IMG/VR virus record: IMGVR_UViG_3300009001_000013
Coordinates: 1 to 58,349 of that record
Length of the DNA: 58,349 nt
Source: a virus
Lineage: Duplodnaviria > Caudoviricetes
Strand: one strand, 5' to 3'
Under the pieces are notes generated by a model. The model made no database searches. It was given only the letters and a program-made list of their open reading frames with translations, and was not told the origin of the DNA. This document shows, one piece after another, positions 7,778 to 16,622 of this stretch (positions are counted from its first letter, which is position 1; each line of letters begins with the position of its first letter). Both the position numbers and the translations under genes were made by a program.

Positions 7778-10223
7778 TTCCGAAGAGCTCGTTAATTACG
7801 TCTTGATTATTTTCTGGTGCAGATGTTGGGAGTTCGCCACGCTGACCTTGTCGCTGAGAGATTAGCTTGGACTGCTCGATGGCTTGCTTTACAACACGCT
7901 CATCTTTCCTGTCCTCTTTAAGTGTTTCAATTTTCTCCCGGAACTCCTTATCGTCAGTCTTGAACCCGAGGCTTGCCTGAGCTCTAATCAGTTCAAGCTC
8001 CTTTCGCATTTGATGGAGCGAAGCGGCGACCTGAACTTCAACCTGACCCTTGAGCTGTATTTTTTGAGCTTCCATCTGAGCTTCCATTTGAAGCTTTTGC
8101 ATTTCCATCTGAGCGGCAGATTGCGCAGCTTGAGCATTTGCCTGAGCTTGTAGCTGAATATTCTGTTGCTGCTGAGCTTGTAGTTCCGCCATGCGCTTCT
8201 TGCGTTTAACAGCCAGAAGTCTCTGCGCTTGGTCAATGTCCTTTAACTGACGAATAGCTATTGCGTCTTCGAGGTCGATTTCTTTTTGAGCCAGCGTAGC
8301 TTGGATGTTTTGTTCCAAGAAGACTCTGTCGTCGTCAGACATTTCTTGAGTCACCCTAATGCCAAAGTTGTACATAGGCAAGTCATCGAAAGATGAAAGC
8401 AGCTCCATGCTCTTGTCTCCTATGGCTTTAGAATAAACTCTATAGAGAACAGAGTCAGATGGAATTACTTGTAAGCACTTAACAATGTCTTCGCAAACTC
8501 TCCTATACAGTACGATGCTTGCATTCGTGATGTCGTAAAGCGCGTTGTTTCCAGCGGCAATAGCCTGCTGCTGGACTCCTACAAGAGCATCACCCTTTGG
8601 TGTGCTTGCATCCATAACCTCGTTGATTCCAGTAGCATCGCGAATCATTCTAAGGTAGTGGTTGTACAGGTTGATGTACTCGTTGATATTCCTGATGCTG
8701 TTCTCAATTGAACGAATCGGAGGGTTCTGAAACCCGCCTTCAACATTCTTGCTCCTGTAGTAGAACACACCGGTCTGCTCATAGATATCTTGAATCTGCA
8801 GTGGTTGAAGCTCCCCGCCTCTCCCAAGCTGAACATTCTCCAAGCCTTCGATGTCAACCAAGATACCGTCAGGCTTAGCCTTAGCAACGGCCTGTTGTAT
8901 CTTGAGGTGGGTAAGCTGAAGCTGGTCGGCAAAACCAATAACACCACCAACAATAGACTTTGGCTGCATCTTCCTCAAGTTCGTGCATGACACACTATAG
9001 GAAAGCCTAGCCTTGGTTAGGTCATGAATATTCTTTGGGATGTTCTTCTTAATCCCATAGTTGTAGACCATGTCAGTCCCGTAGATGTAGCTACCGCCAT
9101 ACACAGTCTGATTCTCCATCTTGTGTGGCTGCCGGTCATACACCGAGCTGTTGGGCATCTTGTAGTCATTCCCTTTAAAGTAGAACCCGCTGTTGCCAAA
9201 CTGAGATTCTTTACTCTCATAGTAGACACAGTCAACGGATAGGAATTCAAAATCCATAATGTCGATGAGGTAATCATCGTACCCGTAAGTGTAACGCCTA
9301 GAGTTTCTGTCGTATGACCTGTTATGAAAAGCTGAGGAGTCGTTGTAATTCTTGTGCATTACGGTCTTCCCTAGGTTTTCGTACTGCTCTTCTGTGAGCT
9401 GACTACCCGCCTGACGCTTCAGTTCTTGAATGCTGACTCTCTTAATGTGTGCACCGTATACGATATCCGACATGTTCGGGTCATCAGTATAGCTATGCAA
9501 AAAGAAAGCCGGGTCAATGTACTTCGTGGTGATTCCGTAATTGGGGTCATTCTCCCTCTTCACTACAGACATTCCGCAGACTACCAAATCCTCTACAGCT
9601 CTTCGGTATACGTTCTGGTCGAACTCGTTCCAATCTAGAGTGAGAGCTGTTCCCAGCTGAGCGGCAATCTCAGCGTTAGTCTTCATGTTTTGGTCCATGA
9701 AAATCTCCGCCTCCTCAGTTGTGTCAGGAAGAATTGACGGGTCAATCATTGGCTGAAGACCCATAGCCTTTGCTTCCATAAGCAAGTCTTTATCCATGAT
9801 GGACGACTCTACTTCTGCAATAGCTCTGTCTTTTTCACTTTTACTTACGGGGTCGATAGCCTCGACAGCCGGATACGGTTTTCTGGAAAGGATGCGATTT
9901 ACCACAACCTTAACGAACTTAGGTACGATTGGGACTGGGCTCCAGTCCAGATTCAGTAAACTCCCGTCACCATTGTTGGGGTCAAGTGAATTCAGAATCT
10001 GCTTGTACACAGATGTGTCTTGCGTTCCGTTAGCGTAGTCACGATTCTTTTCGAAATCGTACATACGTCTACGAAACAAAGAAGTCTGGTCTTCTCCGTG
10101 ACCCCACTGCGACTCAATGGATTTTGCAAACTTGAGTCCGTAAGCTTTACCCGCCTTTTCTTCTGGTGACGCAAAGGGGTCTGGGAAATTCCCGTACTTG
10201 TTATTTTTACTCCCTTGGGTCAT
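7770..10223 (-). CDS. Portal protein
   Basis: 817 aa, directly after TerL; NLDWSPVPIVPKFVKVVVN, TGINEVMDASTP and a Q-rich C-terminal barrel typical of P22/crAss-like portals. Confidence 0.9.
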   Translation of the reverse strand: MTQGSKNNKYGNFPDPFASPEEKAGKAYGLKFAKSIESQWGHGEDQTSLFRRRMYDFEKNRDYANGTQDTSVYKQILNSLDPNNGDGSLLNLDWSPVPIVPKFVKVVVNRILSRKPYPAVEAIDPVSKSEKDRAIAEVESSIMDKDLLMEAKAMGLQPMIDPSILPDTTEEAEIFMDQNMKTNAEIAAQLGTALTLDWNEFDQNVYRRAVEDLVVCGMSVVKRENDPNYGITTKYIDPAFFLHSYTDDPNMSDIVYGAHIKRVSIQELKRQAGSQLTEEQYENLGKTVMHKNYNDSSAFHNRSYDRNSRRYTYGYDDYLIDIMDFEFLSVDCVYYESKESQFGNSGFYFKGNDYKMPNSSVYDRQPHKMENQTVYGGSYIYGTDMVYNYGIKKNIPKNIHDLTKARLSYSVSCTNLRKMQPKSIVGGVIGFADQLQLTHLKIQQAVAKAKPDGILVDIEGLENVQLGRGGELQPLQIQDIYEQTGVFYYRSKNVEGGFQNPPIRSIENSIRNINEYINLYNHYLRMIRDATGINEVMDASTPKGDALVGVQQQAIAAGNNALYDITNASIVLYRRVCEDIVKCLQVIPSDSVLYRVYSKAIGDKSMELLSSFDDLPMYNFGIRVTQEMSDDDRVFLEQNIQATLAQKEIDLEDAIAIRQLKDIDQAQRLLAVKRKKRMAELQAQQQQNIQLQAQANAQAAQSAAQMEMQKLQMEAQMEAQKIQLKGQVEVQVAASLHQMRKELELIRAQASLGFKTDDKEFREKIETLKEDRKDERVVKQAIEQSKLISQRQGQRGELPTSAPENNQDVINELFGNG

Positions 10224-10247
10224 TGATTATTCTTTGGGGCTCAAGTG

Positions 10248-10255
10248 CAAATATA
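10248..10255 (-). promoter_or_regulatory. Bacteroidota -7 promoter element TATATTTG upstream of the portal
   Basis: CAAATATA on the plus strand in the TerL-portal intergenic gap. Confidence 0.65.
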
Positions 10256-10275
10256 ATCATCCAAGGCCAGCGGGA

Positions 10276-12390
10276 TTATAGCTTATATCTTCGGAAGAAA
10301 GTCTTCTCCTCAAAGTTGGTTGGTGGTTTCTTCGGCTTTACTTTTTGAGCGGCCAACAACGCAAGTCCGGAGCTTATCGACAAGTCAAACTTTGTACGCT
10401 TGTCAATCTTAAATCCAATCCAGTCTTCTAGCGTTCTGTTGAAGTACATCTTTCCTCCGTCGCCACCCTCGTTGAAACCAACGTGGTTGTGTATATAGTC
10501 TTCGATGGCCGAGGCGTGAGCCTGTATCACATCTTGGGAATTAGAAGGAATCCCTTTAGTCTTAACATTCACCGAGCTATTTGCTGCACGAAGATGCTCC
10601 GGCCTGTCCATGACATATCCGTCGTAACCTCTTGATTCAAAGTATCTTACGATTCCGTATTTGTTGTTTTCTATTAGGAGTGGGTATCCGTAAAAGACTG
10701 CGGCCATTAGCACATCCTCGTAGAATATCTTAGCCATCGGAGGTCGGCTGGCATACTCAGCAACAAACATGTTACTGGCATCAGACAAGTTAAACTTGTT
10801 GTATATATGGCAGGCGCCTTTAGACCCACGACTATCCACTGTGGCATCAAGGTCATAAGAGTCAACACCTCCACAGCCCATGTGAGTGTTTGGCGGTACG
10901 TACTTCCCTCTCTCTGTTCGCAACACACTACGCTCGTCCTTATCAGGCATCCAACACACGTACCATCTACCCCGAGTGTCAGGATGGAATATAACCTTAC
11001 TGTCCTTAACACCGCCCTGCCATTGGAAATTACCTCTGACTACGGGGTTCGGGTACAAAGAATCGTTATGCTCAATCTGCTCGTAAATCTTTCCGATGTT
11101 GAATAGCGAGCCTTCTACGCTATCCCTGAATGCTTCATCCGTTGTGAATGGGAATTGCCGAATTAACTCGTTCAACTCCTTGGCATCATGCTTCAGTGAC
11201 TCCCTCTCATTCTTCAAAAACGTCTTAGCACCGAAGGCCATTGTGTCGCCCTCTAGTGTTTCTATTGGTGAGTCAGGGTCGTTAACGATGGGATTACCGT
11301 ACTTATTAAAGAAACCCTCAAGAGATTCGTAGGCGGGAATGAACAGCCTATACAGGCCAGACGCAGTTCTGCCATTGGCGTTACGCTTGGCTGGGTCGGA
11401 GTCAGCCCACAACTGTTTGTACTCTTCACCTCCCTTATCCATAGGATTGACGGTACTACCGACAAGAGCCTTACCTACAATACGACGGCCAACAATAAGA
11501 CAGGTTCGCTCAATTCTCCAAGCTTCGCGAATATCAGAAGGCTTCTCCCATTTACCAGCTTCATCAAGGTAGAGCATGTGTAGCTTCTCACCGTCGTAAG
11601 CATTGTTTGTAGTGTTCTTCCAGTTGAGTACTGTGTTGAGCGCGTCACCGACGGAAGATGTCTTGTTACTCTTGGTAATTCGCTTGGATGGTTCGCGGAA
11701 AGCCAGCTCCATGCGTGGGTTAGTTGTACCATCTTGAATCGGTTTAAAGAAGAATGGGTAGTGCCTAAACATAGACACCGCCTTCTTCATGAAGATATTC
11801 TCCTGAGCATCTTTACCAGTCTTCGACTGAATGCCAAGAAGTTTGTCTTTAACCTGAGTAGCCTCGTCAACAAGAACAGAAGAACAGATATTAGTGTACC
11901 CAGAGCGGCGACACTTAGTATAAAGCTGACCGATACAACGAGGGTCAACTTCGCACGCAGCCATGTGGAGAAAGATTTCACGCTGAAAGGAAAGGTACGA
12001 AGGGTATCCAATATCAATTTTGGTCCACTGTAATAGCATATAGTGCCGCCCGGTAATGTACGTAGGTGTACCCTGATTGTAAAACCAAAAACCTTCACGA
12101 CGCCTTCTAAACTCCTCTTCGACATATGAATGAAATCTCTCTCGAAACTCCTTCGGTGCCTCTGCCCACTCGTCCATACTTCTAATCCGGGACAACTCCT
12201 TTGGCATAGGTGTCCTTTCCCACACCTGCATACCTGCCTCCAGACCTTCACCTTTGATTCCTTTCTTGGGTAGTTGGGGAAGAGCAATGTGAATCCCACC
12301 AAGTTCGATAATGTCTCCGACTGTACCGTTGGGACATATCTTGATAACCTTGTCATCGTATCCTTTAACATCGAGTAAAGCATCCATCAT
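10276..12390 (-). CDS. terL: Terminase large subunit
   Basis: Walker A-like KCRRSGYT, Walker B LYLDEAGKW, VGSTVN coupling motif, nuclease GGVDSYD, LIENNK, FDLSISSGLAL. Confidence 0.93.
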   Translation of the reverse strand: MMDALLDVKGYDDKVIKICPNGTVGDIIELGGIHIALPQLPKKGIKGEGLEAGMQVWERTPMPKELSRIRSMDEWAEAPKEFRERFHSYVEEEFRRRREGFWFYNQGTPTYITGRHYMLLQWTKIDIGYPSYLSFQREIFLHMAACEVDPRCIGQLYTKCRRSGYTNICSSVLVDEATQVKDKLLGIQSKTGKDAQENIFMKKAVSMFRHYPFFFKPIQDGTTNPRMELAFREPSKRITKSNKTSSVGDALNTVLNWKNTTNNAYDGEKLHMLYLDEAGKWEKPSDIREAWRIERTCLIVGRRIVGKALVGSTVNPMDKGGEEYKQLWADSDPAKRNANGRTASGLYRLFIPAYESLEGFFNKYGNPIVNDPDSPIETLEGDTMAFGAKTFLKNERESLKHDAKELNELIRQFPFTTDEAFRDSVEGSLFNIGKIYEQIEHNDSLYPNPVVRGNFQWQGGVKDSKVIFHPDTRGRWYVCWMPDKDERSVLRTERGKYVPPNTHMGCGGVDSYDLDATVDSRGSKGACHIYNKFNLSDASNMFVAEYASRPPMAKIFYEDVLMAAVFYGYPLLIENNKYGIVRYFESRGYDGYVMDRPEHLRAANSSVNVKTKGIPSNSQDVIQAHASAIEDYIHNHVGFNEGGDGGKMYFNRTLEDWIGFKIDKRTKFDLSISSGLALLAAQKVKPKKPPTNFEEKTFFRRYKL

Positions 12391-12572
12391 AAAACTTGAC
12401 CATACCGAGTACTTCTGAAGCTCGGCATACCAACCTTAGTATTCTTGGGTGTCATATAGTCGCCGCACTTATTACATTTAATATCGTGTCTGACATTCCC
12501 GTCAATCACTTTAATTGATACGCTGTGACCCTCTTGTTCGAGGTCACATTTGGAGCAGATGAACTTTGCCAT
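12387..12572 (-). CDS. Small zinc-ribbon protein (FmdB-like)
   Basis: CSKC and CNKC pairs; overlaps the TerL start. Confidence 0.7.
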   Translation of the reverse strand: MAKFICSKCDLEQEGHSVSIKVIDGNVRHDIKCNKCGDYMTPKNTKVGMPSFRSTRYGQVL

Positions 12573-12574
12573 GA

Positions 12575-12709
12575 CTATCTACCTTGACCAGTGTACCCTT
12601 TCTTGTACAGCTTGGATGCTTTGCATTTAGACACTTTCGTTTTTGCATGTACCCCTTTACGTCTCACCTTGTGCTTCTTGGCGTAGAGGCTGATTTGCTG
12701 CTTAGCCAT
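12575..12709 (-). CDS. Very basic 44-aa protein
   Basis: Manual translation MAKQQISLYAKKHKVRRKGVHAKTKVSKCKASKLYKKGYTGQGR; exactly fills the gap in the operon. Confidence 0.65.
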   Translation of the reverse strand: MAKQQISLYAKKHKVRRKGVHAKTKVSKCKASKLYKKGYTGQGR

Positions 12710-12714
12710 TTTAT

Positions 12715-13008
12715 TTACTTTGAGTATTTCTCAGCGAATCCCCCGCTGTAGTCTTTCTGTTCTTGAATGCCGTTATCAGACTGCAGGTCTTTAACCATTT
12801 GCTCCAAACGTTGTCGCTCCACCAGAAGCTCCTTGCAGTCCACCGCCGTCTGCTTGATGGATTGAAGTTCAGCTTTTCTAGCAGAGCCACCAGCTTCAGG
12901 GTCAACAGGTCTTTTAACTTCATCAATCATATTGTTTATAGCAATCTCCATAGATACCATCAATCTCTTGGCCGCTTCTACTGTAGTGAATTTATGCTGT
13001 CTTGACAT
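12715..13008 (-). CDS. Probable terminase small subunit
   Basis: Helical 97-aa ORF upstream of TerL ending GGFAEKYSK; call is mostly positional. Confidence 0.55.
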   Translation of the reverse strand: MSRQHKFTTVEAAKRLMVSMEIAINNMIDEVKRPVDPEAGGSARKAELQSIKQTAVDCKELLVERQRLEQMVKDLQSDNGIQEQKDYSGGFAEKYSK

Positions 13009-13579
13009 AACTGATATCCTCTAGTCTCATCCTGTAAACAATAGACTCGTCATCCAGCTTCATCTTGTAGTCTGAGTCTTTGTCAAATCCGACAACATCC
13101 CCAACCTTTACACCTTGATTCATTAGCTGTTGATGTGGCATGAAGACCACAGCCTCTCTATCATCGCGCTCCTTTACTTTAAGGTCGATGATAATCCCAG
13201 AAGGCGTTACTTCTTCTTCAACCTTCTCTTCAACTGGTTGTACGAACACCCATTCCGACAACATATGAAGCACCCCTTCTGAGTCCCTGTGCGCAATAGC
13301 ATGAGAGCCGCGAGGGTTCTCTTCATCGTACACAACAAGGTAGTTGTCGTCACCGAGCGATAGCGTCTTGTTCTGGGTAACATGGTGATGGAAGAATAGT
13401 AGGTCTCCCTCTCTCACTCCTGTCTCAATAACATGAGGAGCAGACACAACGCGCCCATAACAAATGCGATGGTTAAACTCGTCGAATCGTGAATCAAGGA
13501 AAATCTCTTTGTCACCGAGCTTGACTGTATCCTCAGTCTTCTTCGGTACGTTTACGATAAAGTGCCGTAAAGCTTTCAT
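12992..13579 (-). CDS. GroES-like co-chaperonin (two-domain)
   Basis: VFVQPVEE...TPSGIII and GVKVGDVVGF, plus an N-terminal GRVVSAP...GVREGDLLFF repeat. Confidence 0.75.
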   Translation of the reverse strand: MKALRHFIVNVPKKTEDTVKLGDKEIFLDSRFDEFNHRICYGRVVSAPHVIETGVREGDLLFFHHHVTQNKTLSLGDDNYLVVYDEENPRGSHAIAHRDSEGVLHMLSEWVFVQPVEEKVEEEVTPSGIIIDLKVKERDDREAVVFMPHQQLMNQGVKVGDVVGFDKDSDYKMKLDDESIVYRMRLEDISYVKTA

Positions 13580-13812
13580 TCAAAGTTGCAATCGTATTCA
13601 ATTAGAATCGGCTGGTTCTCAACCGTCTTCCAAATATACGTTGAATCTTCGTCCTCTAGGTAAACGTGGTATCTTCTTACGTTGTACTTGTACAGTGCGG
13701 CGTCATCTTCTTTGATTGCTGAGACCCTTCCTTTTCCTGCCTTCATCCCAATGTAATATGCCATCGCGTCCTTCGGGTTTGGCCCGATGACAATCTTTCT
13801 AATAATGTTCAT
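13576..13812 (-). CDS. Hypothetical protein
   Basis: 78-aa ORF (IIRKIVIGPNPKDAMAYYIG) coupled to the GroES-like gene by a 4-nt overlap. Confidence 0.7.
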   Translation of the reverse strand: MNIIRKIVIGPNPKDAMAYYIGMKAGKGRVSAIKEDDAALYKYNVRRYHVYLEDEDSTYIWKTVENQPILIEYDCNFE

Positions 13813-13817
13813 CTCTT

Positions 13818-14105
13818 TTAGTTTAATGAGAACTGAGTCAGAAAATCCTCTGGACCTTCGTCGTCTAGGTCTGTAAATGCTTTCACTTGCAAATGCATAA
13901 ACTCGGAGAATTCTTCTACGTCCCTGCAGTTGTGACCATAGGCCAAGCTCCAGTTGTTTACGTCTTCGCTCTCCTCTTCGAGCACCCCAAAAGCCGCAGT
14001 GTATACTAGGTCTCCAGAGTGTCTGTATTTATTTACGACCTCGTCGATTTGTTGCATGAGGTCTTGGACCTCAGTGAACATAGCTTTCTTTAGTACGTCA
14101 TCCAT
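13818..14105 (-). CDS. Hypothetical acidic protein
   Basis: 95-aa ORF in the operon; TAACTTTA promoter variant 4 nt upstream (14110-14117). Confidence 0.6.
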   Translation of the reverse strand: MDDVLKKAMFTEVQDLMQQIDEVVNKYRHSGDLVYTAAFGVLEEESEDVNNWSLAYGHNCRDVEEFSEFMHLQVKAFTDLDDEGPEDFLTQFSLN

Positions 14106-14121
14106 AACCTAAAGTTACGGA

Positions 14122-14961
14122 TTATGGAGCAGGCATAACTTGAACCGCTGAAACTGTAGAGCTTGAAGTTGTCAGGTTTGCATTAACAAGCCAGTCTGTA
14201 GAATCCACGGCCAAAACCTCTACCACGTCACCTACGTTGCCTCCTTTGCTTGATGCGTCAGGGTCTAACTGAATTGCGTTTATGCTTTGGTCTTTTGCCT
14301 GAGTCTGCACTCTAGACTGACCCGTAGCAGTATTCGAGGTGACAACAGCCTTGCCATAAACGTAATCACCTGATGCTGCAATAATTTGAGTTCTCCCAGT
14401 ACCCGTCACGCTCTTAATGATAAACTTAAACACGACTCCGGGATTGGCAGATGGCAATGTAATATCCAAACCAGAGCTTGCATCCACAAGATACGTGTTG
14501 CCAGAGTCAGCTGCGGTCAGAGTTGTATCTACACTAATAGTGTTGATTGTTTCGTCTCCGCGTCCAATCGTAATTGTATTACCAGTACGACTGTATGCCA
14601 AACCATCTGTAGCTGCAAACGTAACTGTAGTGCTAGAAGAGTCAGCCGCCGTGATAGTAATGGCTGGCGCTGCGCTGCCTGAGAGTGTTGTTGTTACCGT
14701 CTCGTTAGAGGGGAACGACCTGTACTCCACCGCCTTTGTGGAAGAGTTCCACACCAATGCATTTCCGCTGGAGCTAGAACCAGTGACGCTATCAATCTGA
14801 AGCGTAGCAGCCTTAACCGTTGTCGTGGAAAGTGACAGTGCAGATGAGTTTCCTACTCCGTCTTCGATTACCTTTAATGATGTGGTGAGGGTGGCTGCAT
14901 CGGATGTCTTGAGCATTCCTTGATACGTATCTTTCACCCTAGTGCCAGCAAGAGTTGCCAT
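14122..14961 (-). CDS. Structural/fibre-like protein
   Basis: S/T-rich; MATLAGTRVKDTYQGMLK N-terminus; TLTAADSGNTYLVD...ITLPSA fibre-type C-terminal domain. Confidence 0.65.
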   Translation of the reverse strand: MATLAGTRVKDTYQGMLKTSDAATLTTSLKVIEDGVGNSSALSLSTTTVKAATLQIDSVTGSSSSGNALVWNSSTKAVEYRSFPSNETVTTTLSGSAAPAITITAADSSSTTVTFAATDGLAYSRTGNTITIGRGDETINTISVDTTLTAADSGNTYLVDASSGLDITLPSANPGVVFKFIIKSVTGTGRTQIIAASGDYVYGKAVVTSNTATGQSRVQTQAKDQSINAIQLDPDASSKGGNVGDVVEVLAVDSTDWLVNANLTTSSSTVSAVQVMPAP

Positions 14962-14977
14962 GTTCTTAAATTTACAG

Positions 14978-14985
14978 CAAATATA
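14978..14985 (-). promoter_or_regulatory. Bacteroidota -7 promoter element TATATTTG
   Basis: CAAATATA on the plus strand, 16 nt upstream of the ATG at 14961. Confidence 0.6.
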
Positions 14986-14991
14986 CAGCTA

Positions 14992-15429
14992 ATGAGTAGA
15001 CACCATCCGGTGCGGCAGAGGCGACAATTCAGCAAACTCAACAAGCGTTACGTCAAGAGGAACGACCTTAAGAAGCTATCACTGGTCCTGCGAGATGTAA
15101 AAGCGAACTACGACATAGGGCAAGCCGAGGTCGAATTCCTTTTGTTTGCCTACGATTACGAGTTCTTCACCGTTAACCATATAGCTAAGTCCCTCTCGAA
15201 GAGCAGGAAGAAACTGTATGAAAGGACCGTCCTTCCCTTGAAAAACAAAGGGTATGTAGATATAGTGTATCACGCCAAGGAAGTCGATTCGTATGTCAAT
15301 GCACTATTCGACGAGAAACTAGGCAATGAGCACCGACTGTCTTTGTCCCAGTCAGGTAGACTTTTAGTGCAGCGGATATACAGAAAGCTAGAGGGCGGTG
15401 AGCCTATTACCTTGCCGAAGAGCTCCTAG
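14992..15429 (+). CDS. Winged helix-turn-helix (MarR-like) DNA-binding protein
   Basis: EVEFLLF...FTVNHIAKSL...LPLKNKGYVD...LSLSQSGRLLV wHTH pattern; ATG 14992 preferred over the track start at 14920, which overlaps the divergent gene. Confidence 0.65.
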   Translation: MSRHHPVRQRRQFSKLNKRYVKRNDLKKLSLVLRDVKANYDIGQAEVEFLLFAYDYEFFTVNHIAKSLSKSRKKLYERTVLPLKNKGYVDIVYHAKEVDSYVNALFDEKLGNEHRLSLSQSGRLLVQRIYRKLEGGEPITLPKSS

Positions 15430-16099
15430 CCTCCGAGTACTCTCTTTCAAATCTATCGTTGTATCCCAGAATCTTTGAGATATAATCGCTGGTCTCAAGG
15501 GGTAGCATTTCAATCCAATCAAGGGAGTTGTAGATATCAATCCCTTTCTCTTTGGCCTCGTTGAGTATTCTTACCGTAGCCGTAGGTCCGAAGTTGTATG
15601 CGGCTAATGCCTTGGCCGCCTTGACTTCGTCGTTTCCGCGATTCCAATCTCTGCCCATAAGAGACTCCATGTACACTTCTTGTGCTTCAACAGAATGTTC
15701 TGGGTTAAAGGCGTCGAAGTCTGGTCGAATCAATCCCCGCTCCTTTAAGTACTGCTCCGTTCCGGGCATAATCTGAGCCAAGCCTCTAGCTCCAGCAGGA
15801 GACTCTGCCATCGGATTGAACCTAGACTCTTTGTATCTCTGCCTATCAAGAAGCGTCTGGTACCAATCGTCTTCTTTAGGTTGAGGTTCCTCTCGTACTT
15901 GTTGTCCCGGCTCTTCAGGAAACGTAGCAAAGAACATTTCATTAAGCTTAGGAGGGTCACCAATCTCCCCACCTTGCTCCATGTTGCGCTGAATAGCTGC
16001 CTCTTGTGCGTGTGCCTCACGCGCTGTATCGTGCGTACCCAGTACTCTATCGCTCTTACGTGAGATGAGCTGGAACTTGTTGCCTCTTTTAACAATCAT
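15407..16099 (-). CDS. Lytic transglycosylase (SLT domain)
   Basis: ESRFNPMAESPAGARGLAQIMPGT, ALAAYNFG and ETSDYISKI motifs. Confidence 0.9.
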   Translation of the reverse strand: MIVKRGNKFQLISRKSDRVLGTHDTAREAHAQEAAIQRNMEQGGEIGDPPKLNEMFFATFPEEPGQQVREEPQPKEDDWYQTLLDRQRYKESRFNPMAESPAGARGLAQIMPGTEQYLKERGLIRPDFDAFNPEHSVEAQEVYMESLMGRDWNRGNDEVKAAKALAAYNFGPTATVRILNEAKEKGIDIYNSLDWIEMLPLETSDYISKILGYNDRFEREYSEARSSSAR

Positions 16100-16114
16100 T
16101 TTTTTTGCTTCTCA

Positions 16115-16141
16115 TGCAATATTACGAAATTGATGAACGTT
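16115..16141 (+). promoter_or_regulatory. Degenerate copy of the early bipartite motif
   Basis: TGCAATAT-N15-CGTT, 34 nt upstream of the ATG at 16176. Confidence 0.4.
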
Positions 16142-16175
16142 GTATGAGCAGACAAACCCTTAAACCTATTTCGTT

Positions 16176-16622
16176 ATGAAGAACATCCTTTTAATCCTTG
16201 CCCTCGTTCCCGTGCTTGCAACGGCACAGGGAGACATGCACTTTCGCATCATCGCAGACTACGAACGCAACCTACTGGCATCCGTGTACAACGACAGTAT
16301 GGAATGGGTTGTGTTCATCGACGACTTGTACGAATCAAAGGATAGCGTGTCCTTCAGTCAAGTAAGCGAAGGAAGCACGTCGCTGGAGTACAAAACCAGA
16401 GAGCTAGGTGTACACCACTTGCTTCTTCGTAACAAGATTAGCGGTCAGGACATTGCATACGTGGCTATGAGAATCGACTACCACACACGAAGCTTCCGGC
16501 TCCGGAGAGGAGGTGTGTTCACTATGTGGATTCTAGAACCCAATGAAGAACATGCTGTTTACGCTCCGACCAGAAACAACAAGATTGATAGCCCCTTGTT
16601 TACTCCGGGACTACTGAATTAA
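16176..16622 (+). CDS. Secreted hypothetical protein (moron-like, opposite strand)
   Basis: Signal peptide MKNILLILALVPVLATA|Q (Gln at +1, typical of Bacteroidota); fills the gap between two minus-strand genes. Confidence 0.7.
   Translation: MKNILLILALVPVLATAQGDMHFRIIADYERNLLASVYNDSMEWVVFIDDLYESKDSVSFSQVSEGSTSLEYKTRELGVHHLLLRNKISGQDIAYVAMRIDYHTRSFRLRRGGVFTMWILEPNEEHAVYAPTRNNKIDSPLFTPGLLN

Noticed and set aside
11787-12383. 198-aa alternative-frame ORF inside terL
   Set aside because: No recognisable domain and fully nested in a conserved ATPase region.
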